Positions 53,001 to 64,000 of a stretch of 64,000 nucleotides of DNA are shown piece after piece; the first letter of the stretch is position 1, and the number at the start of each line of letters is the position of its first letter. The notes beneath the pieces were generated by a model. That model saw nothing but the letters and a program-made list of their open reading frames with translations. It did not search any database and was not told the DNA's origin. The stretch lies in NCBI GenBank assembly GCA_965649765.1, contig OZ287756.1, positions 63,364,001-63,428,000 of the forward strand, in the 5' to 3' direction. Origin of the DNA: Bispira polyomma (Eukaryota). The translations under genes and the position numbers were made by a program.

Positions 53001-54102
53001 TGGTTTATTAATACAGTTGTTGGGCTTTAGAAGATAACTCACACCAATAAGATGAGTCGAAAATATATAATACAACTCTCAACATATTTTGTGTCATATC
53101 ACTCAAGACAGACAGTTGGCTGTTGGTGGACATAAGAACAGGATAAGTTAGTGATACGTTTTCAGCTATTGTAACCACCAGCCTTAAGGAAGTTCCAGCA
53201 TTTAGGCCAGAGTTTATATTCATCAGAGGCCCCTATTTATGGAAACCTCAGAATTTCACAAACAATTTTAATCTGACATTATTGTTGTATGTGATACCTT
53301 GTATTGACATGCTCAGAGCGTCATCGAATATTAAGGCGGAAAACGAGTTGATAAAGTTCTTTTTTTCCTGAAGCCTGTAATGCTTGTCTTAGTGCGAAGA
53401 CTGACAAGGAGACCATATTTGGACAATATAGGTTTTACTATATTAAACCTTGTGAATCAATAATACTTCTATATATAACCTCTACCTGGAAACAGTCAAT
53501 GGAGTCTGTGATCCTGAAGAAGGCCTGGTGGCCAACGGTCAGGAGGGGGTTCTGCCAGAGGACTATAGTGCCAAAGTCCAGCAGGTCCTTGCGGGATAGT
53601 CGCACCTGGTGACCCCCAAAGAAGGGAGAGGAATCAATGAAGAAGGTTGGTATAAAATAATATGGAAATGCATTAAAAGAAGGAAAGTAAAACAGTTATT
53701 ACATGAAAGGTATGTATTTCAGGATATTCCTTGTAAAGGACAGTCGTTCGTGGTTTTTGATCTCGGTAAACTACGAGCTTCCTGCAAGTCTGCTGTCAAT
53801 TTTCCCACATACATGCCATGGTCAAAATTCAAACCCACTTTAGAAGAGGTAGGAAGCAAATGTGTACTTTAGCTACCAATTTTAAAAATTAGTTTTTGTT
53901 TAACCATTGTTTCCCCAAAATTATACATAGCTAAACTAAAGAAAAGATCAAATTTCATTTGCTTTCCATATAGACAATACGTCACAAAATCGCACAAATC
54001 ACGATTAATTGTATGTATACGTGATCCGTACTGTTTTATATACTAGTATGCATGTGAATACTTCTAAGATATATATAAAAAGTCATTATTTTGTTAAACT
54101 GA
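47014..54102. repeat. Large inverted repeat: arms 47014-50221 and 50876-54102, 654-bp spacer
   Basis: Mirror ORFs in the track (e.g. 47894+/53008-, 49183-/51745+); arm ends checked by reverse complement. Confidence 0.95.
47511..50182 (+). pseudogene. Inverted partial copy of the last five exons of the unknown gene
   Basis: Exons 47511-47630, 48765-48844, 49425-49464 and two more mirror the right arm and share its stops. Confidence 0.65.
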
Positions 54103-54229
54103 CGATCAGCACTGAAAGACTGTGTTGGTGCTGGATATACCATGGGATCATGCATGTGCATCTACCTGGAACATTAATCTCTATCAGGATAGAAATAGAG
54201 TCTGAACATTGCTTCCCCTTTGAACAGTA

Positions 54230-54388
54230 CAGTAAACCTTGTTAAATCTAAAAATGTATTCTGCATAACAAAAATTCTACTTAACCGGAAAAATTTTAAT
54301 TAGAAATATGGCAATGGACCCTTAAAATAACTTCTACTTCTACAGGTAATTCCACTTGTCAGAATTCTACTTAAAGATGGTTTGACTG
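54230..54388. mobile_element. Small Tc1/mariner-type MITE
   Basis: TA|CAGTAAACC ... GGTTTGACTG|TA. Confidence 0.55.
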
Positions 54389-55129
54389 TATTTGTGGGTT
54401 TTCATTGTAAACTACCAATTAACAGAATGAAAGTATCATCTGTCACTCACTGACCTGGTGCACAAAGTGCTCTTTTCACTATCACTGCTTATTCAAATTA
54501 TATTAGAATACCACAGATATATATATGCATCTTCAAGACAAAACAAATCTACGACCATTCATTTCAAGAGAGTGTTCAACACTGAATTCAAATATGAAGT
54601 CAAATTTTAAATAGATTTTACTGTATACTGAGTTATAGACTACCCCGATTTGAGTTGTGTATGAGTTTGAGCTTAGCATATGTTCAAGATTACTAGTCCA
54701 GGTGAACTACTAAAACTAAATTAGAATAGGTACATATTAAGTTAATTGCTACCAGTTGTTCTACTCACAGTATGATCACAGTTCCTACACTCCAGTTCCA
54801 CAATAGACTTGGCCGTGTCCCAGTCATCTGGTCTTTGAACTCTGACCGCCTTCCATCTACACATGGGGGAACATAGAGAACATTGGAAGGTATCTTAAGG
54901 GCTCTCTTTGTTATATTTTAACATTCAACATTTGCACTACTCACATCCAATTTGTCATGATCAGGTTATGTGCCACATAGTACCTGCCAATTAAAACCGA
55001 GTACCCATTATTATTGATTGTTGTGTTCGATCTCTTTTAATACAGTTTGAATATGATTTAGATATATGATCATACATGATCACTAAATATACGATTATAC
55101 ATGATCACAAACCTCAAAAACACCCATCT

Positions 55130-55610
55130 GAATAGAGGAAAACTAAGTGTTACACTCAACTCCTGCTGTAACTACCTACACATAACCACAAAACTCACTT
55201 GTTGACACTTAGAGGCAAGTTCAGTGCAATACTCAATTCTCCATATAACCACCTATATAACCACAGCTGACACACTATCACCAATTACATTACCACAAAA
55301 CTCACTTGCTGACAAAGAGAAGGAAGCTCAGGGTTATACTGAATTATTCCTATAACCACCTATACAACCACTAGCTGACACACTATAACCAACTACATAA
55401 CCACAAAACTCACCTGCTGACAGTTGGAGGGAAGGTCAGTGTTACACTGAATTCTTGCTATAACCACCGACATAACCACACGCACATATCTGATGATAAA
55501 TAGAGGGAAACTACTAAGTGTTATACTCAAATCTCCTTATAACCACCTACATAACCACAAAAACTCACCTGCTGACAGTTAGAGGGAAGCTCAGTGCAAT
55601 ACTCAATTCT
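55130..55610. repeat. Degenerate tandem repeat (units about 75-105 bp) derived from an exon end and donor site
   Basis: ATAACCACAAAACTCAC.TGCTGACA..AGAGGGAAG.TCAGTG units; the last unit overlaps exon 55569-55707. Confidence 0.85.
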
Positions 55611-57246
55611 CCCTCTGCCAAACACTCATCAGGCTGTGACGATAGCTGAATCTCGTTATTGCCCTCCAACAGACGACCATCCAGGTAGGAGCAGGGAATT
55701 TCATATTCTGGCTGTGTGACATCAGAAAGTAGAAATACAAGCATATACCTTTTGTGTATCTTTCCATATGCACGATGTATGCTTGGTGTTTTGAGGTTAT
55801 CTAATTGCAATGCCAAAAAATATGTAAGAGATTTTGGGTTGTGTGGATTGCATCAATTGCACCAAGCCCTCATGACTAATATTAACAAATATCTGACTTC
55901 CTAAGATCTGACTTTCCACAGAAATACAGTCATCAGTCACAGCCACAATTCACCCATATAGAAACATACACTAAATAGATCAGGATGTTGGTTTTGTTCG
56001 TACCTACCTTCTAGACCTGGCATTTTGCAATCACCCATTGTCATAACTAGAAAAATTATGTGCTCAAGGTTAACACAATGACTTAAAGTTTCAAAGCCAT
56101 ATGGAACTGATTTATATGCATGTAAATCATTAACTATGTGTGCAATACAGTATGATATTTGCAAATACAAAATGTTTCACTGTGTATTTATTTTTAAAGA
56201 CATAATGTCTACTACACAAAAAGCTATTCCAATACATCCCCCAAAAACTGTGCAATATATCACAGTGGTCAGTATATTGGTGGAGGAATAAATATTTTGG
56301 TCAAGATTCATGTATAGCAAATGAACAGGCCTTTAGAACAGTATGCTTGGAACTTTCAAACCTACATGCAGGGGTCGAGAAAATACTTTTTTGTGTAAAA
56401 TTGGGTCTGAATTGTGGTTTAAATTGAACATTAGGATCATACTTTCGACTGCAGAAGCTGAAGGCAATTGTGTTACCACCATCTGCAGCACGGAATGCCG
56501 CCTGTGACGTTTTAAGTTCCACAACAAGTGATACTTGCACACAAGTCCCAAGACCAGTGCTTTAAAAACTGGATGATATTCACCCAGTTAGAAAAAAACA
56601 GGCTGAGGTTTCTATGTACATAACATCTATGCTGAAAAATATTTGCATTCAATGAATGCAAGTTATAAGTTTATGCGGTTACTTTGTAATTTAGATTATT
56701 ATCAATTCACGGGTTTACGTTATTTAAAAGCTGTATAGATAAAAGTCTTAAATATAAAAGTCATATTAATAAGTCCATAATGTGTTTAAAACTTTATATG
56801 AAAATGAGATTTGATATAAGCAGATAGCATTCAAAACTAGAATTTATGAACCAGAAAGTCTTTGAAGAAAAGAATTATGTTAAAGGTCACCATAGTTGCA
56901 TCTACACAACACAAAGACAATTCTAAATAGTATATATGTTTAATTTATACAGGTGATATTTACATATATATATATACATCAAAGGGATTTGTGTTTTGTT
57001 TATGTAAACCAAACCTCCCTTATGTTTTACATACCACGTGATCTTCCCTCTGACTGTGAACCAGATTCCTGAAAAAAGTAAGAGTTAAATGTCAGTGAAG
57101 ATGTTTAGCAGATTAACATTTCATGTTGACATATTTCAATCATCCTCTACAAGACACTCATGCTCCGAAAAAAAGGAATACCCTTCAACCCTTGCCTGGC
57201 GTGTTCATGTCTTATTCCAAAGATGTTATCCCAACAAAGGAACATG

Positions 57247-57320
57247 GCGGCATTAGCTGGAGTCGAACATTGCGGCATTAGCTGGAGTCGAACATTGCGG
57301 CATTAGCTGGAGTCGAACAT
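57247..57320. repeat. 25-bp perfect tandem repeat, 3 copies
   Basis: GCGGCATTAGCTGGAGTCGAACATT. Confidence 0.9.
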
Positions 57321-59747
57321 GGGACCTTGCTATCCACCGGACCAACTTCTAAATGTGAAACTGGGAGTCAAACCGATGACCTCCAGATATCAGCCATACC
57401 AACTCTTTTTTGACTGACTGAGACCCCTGTCCATAATGCACACCTATCATACTGTCACTGTATAAAAATGTGGGACTAATAATGTACCCATTACAGAACA
57501 ATAAAATTAACTGTGTTGCACACTCTATGTGCCTTTAACCGTAGTATTCTGCCTATTTTTTGGGGGGAAAAACAATAAATTGTCAAAATAACTTACAACA
57601 GTACCAGTAGACTCACAAATACGGTAAACACAGTCATCATTTGCTTGATGTTTTGGTTTTAAGAAACCCTACAAAGTTATACACAGTATGGGATGCTACA
57701 CTACTAGACGTGAATGGAGGAGATTTACACCTGTTATTCTTCACACAGCTACCATATTTGTGTGCAGAAAAAAGCCCACATGACTATGTTACATATAAAT
57801 ATTACATACAAACAGCCTCTATATGTAATAAAGGCTTCCACTAGGTTTTTTTTTTTTTTGTTTTTGGTTCTTATAAAAACTTACACGACATGATGGACTT
57901 ATCTATTTACTGAGAACCTAGACAGATGTGAGGGAGACAAGCTCTTAGGTTGTCCACATCACAATGGTATAACTTACAGGCATTCTCTTTATAGATTAAA
58001 TGAATGGTTTAAATGCTAATACTTTTATATCCCCTTCTACTATGGCCAAATAAGTTTTCTGGGCAGATGGCATAAACCGTTTGAACTTTGTATAGGTAGG
58101 TGTCAATATGAAGACAAACAGGACGTCTTTCTAAGTGTAAATCTTCATTTACAAGTGATATTTTAATTTATGTCTTTTACATACATCTCATATATCAATA
58201 CTTAACAGTCTTAACAAGTAGGTTATTCATTTCTTCCTTGGTACTAAATGTATGTATCAGGGGCTTTATGTTCAAAAGATTTCAAGTTTGTCTCAGATTC
58301 AAGCTCAAATATAAAGTCTACATATCTCTGTAGATAGAAGGAAGTTAAGTCAAAATCCGCATGTTTATGTGGATTCAGCACTGACAGCTCTATTCAAATG
58401 AATGATTACAAGTACAGGTGATGTCCATAGATCTAGGACTTCCACACATATGCCTTCATTTGAATTGAATATGAGTTTTCGAGCTTGAGTTTATTTTGAG
58501 AAAACGAAGCTCCAAGTTTGAGTGACACATCGGAAGCCAGGATCAGAAGATCAGGGTTTTTAGGAATTTACATTGATTTTGGTTCTGCATTATTGTCAAC
58601 ATTTTTTATCATATGGTGATGGCCAGATTTAAAGGTGAAGGAAAACTGTTCCATTTGTACTGTAAACCACGTAGCAAATAGCAAAACAAATAAATAACAC
58701 AAACTTGTCCACACAAACGAAGCAGCGGGAGTTGTAACCAAGTAGTCCGCTAAGAGGCTAGTGACATTAAACCAAAGCAGTATTCCGATCCAAAATCAGA
58801 TCAAATTTAAGATAAAAGTTTTAAGTAATCCTTCGATCAAACCAGTATTCACAAAGCCAGGAATCACTTGATCAAAAAATATCAAATATTTGATCTTTTT
58901 TTTTTTGTGTGTGTGTTTTCTTTCCTTAAACATTAATTCAATCCCGCATTATTACAGTTTTTCAACATTGGAGAACTGCAAATAACCTTGTCTGACATTT
59001 TTAGATGTGCTCAAAACCTACGGTGGATGTACCACCATTCAATTGTTTGTCCATCATTAACCACGATCCACGGGTAAAATGCCCACGGGGGGGGGGCAAA
59101 CCTTCACTATTCGTCACTGCCTGTGACACATAGTTGGGAAATCGTCATTCACCTTTGCCTTGCTTGCCCATTACATCCCCAATGGCGGCAGAAGCATGAT
59201 AATTTTTAGCAGGCATCTCACCGGCTTCTTTACCCTATTTTATCGCTGCAAATGCTGTGATTACTATGAAAATTGACCGTCGTTTGTCAGTGTATGTTGG
59301 TTGTCATCAAGATTACATAGAAAAACTGTACTGATTTGAAAAGAAATTTGATTCAAATGACCTTTAGTGAACAGGGGCATAGCTTGTGTAGAAGCAAGTA
59401 CGCCCAGGCGTACCAATTTAATTTATTTTAATGGTAGCACAAAAACAAACATAATATTTTGATAAAATTGGGGAGTATCAAAATAAAAATTCTTGCAACT
59501 CCCCTGGGTGGAGGCTTGCAGCATAGAGTCATGGCCTGGTATAGTATGTATTTCCTCTAAAAGTCTATCAACATCTAAAAATAGCTATAATATTTAATAT
59601 CATCCATAGAAGTCCTATTATCCGAACATGTTGGCAAAACCAAATTGATGTAAGAATAATAGATAGTTCTAATATAAGTAGAATTATTTTTGTGTAAAAT
59701 TAAGTCTAAATTGTGGTTTAGATTAAATATTAATACAACAAAAACCC

Positions 59748-59950
59748 AGATAATAGACGCATCTACTACGCAATAAAAACTTATAGTTGACACATAAACT
59801 ATTGAGACAAGATAAAATATCCCAGGGAACAGTCAGCCGATATAATTAAGGGTAAAATAGTGTGAGATAAATGCGTTATCTCTATGTTTCTTATCTACAT
59901 ACAGAACACAGGCTGAACTGATGGATAGTCACATATCGTTTATATATATA
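59748..59950 (+). promoter_or_regulatory. Putative amylase 2 promoter: five GATA sites and a TATA-like (TA)n
   Basis: AGATAA at 59748, 59810, 59865; TTATCT at 59876, 59891; TATATA at about 59941, some 60 nt before the ATG. Confidence 0.5.
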
Positions 59951-60003
59951 TGTTATAGATCACACATATTACATTTAACTAAGTAATTACACAACAGGGA
60001 GAC

Positions 60004-63948
<3,945 letters not shown>

Positions 63949-64000
63949 GTAAGGAGCAGAGTGCAGGAAGAAGTGTATTAGTATGGGGATGGTCGGCTTC

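Larger units (their letters stand above)
50915..57068 (-). pseudogene. Unrecognised multi-exon gene, probably pseudogenised
   Basis: GT/AG-bounded exons 57035-57068, 56443-56501, 56008-56046, 55569-55707, 54769-54856, 54455-54484, 54104-54165, 53486-53605, 52273-52352, 51632-51671, 51449-51498, 50915-51004 chain mostly in phase; three in-frame stops and one phase break. Confidence 0.65.

Noticed and set aside
47014-54102. Giant DNA transposon (Foldback/Polinton) with 3.2-kb TIRs
   Set aside because: Arms are exon/intron sequence continuous with the gene beyond 54102; no TSD, transposase or terminal motifs.
55130-57320. CRISPR-like arrays (55130-55610, 57247-57320; also 37529-37770)
   Set aside because: Head-to-tail tandem repeats without unique spacers, no cas genes, eukaryotic context.

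Overview
Eukaryotic, AT-rich invertebrate genomic DNA; the SINE/MITE complement and amylase type suggest a mollusc or other lophotrochozoan (inference). The window holds: (1) a complete 16-exon animal-type GH13 alpha-amylase gene (3221-29055, +, 761 aa by my splice model) with a Ser/Thr/Pro linker and an extra C-terminal domain; (2) a three-LTR tandem dimer of a defective Ty3/Gypsy retrotransposon (30395-46532, -, 4-bp TSD ACTG) inserted in a MITE, with a chimeric middle LTR and a hidden accessory ORF after pol that encodes two C2H2 zinc fingers, an NLS-like motif and an acidic tail; (3) a 7.1-kb inverted repeat with 3.2-kb arms (47014-54102) that duplicates the 3' exons of an unrecognised, apparently pseudogenised multi-exon gene on the - strand (about 50915-57068, possibly to 59216); (4) the first five exons of a second amylase paralog (from 60004), with one intron shifted 21 nt relative to the first gene. 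Many tRNA-derived SINEs, MITEs, an L2-like LINE fragment and minisatellites are also present, several apparently seeded from exon ends. No prokaryotic systems or CRISPR arrays were found. Splice models and alignments were done by eye.
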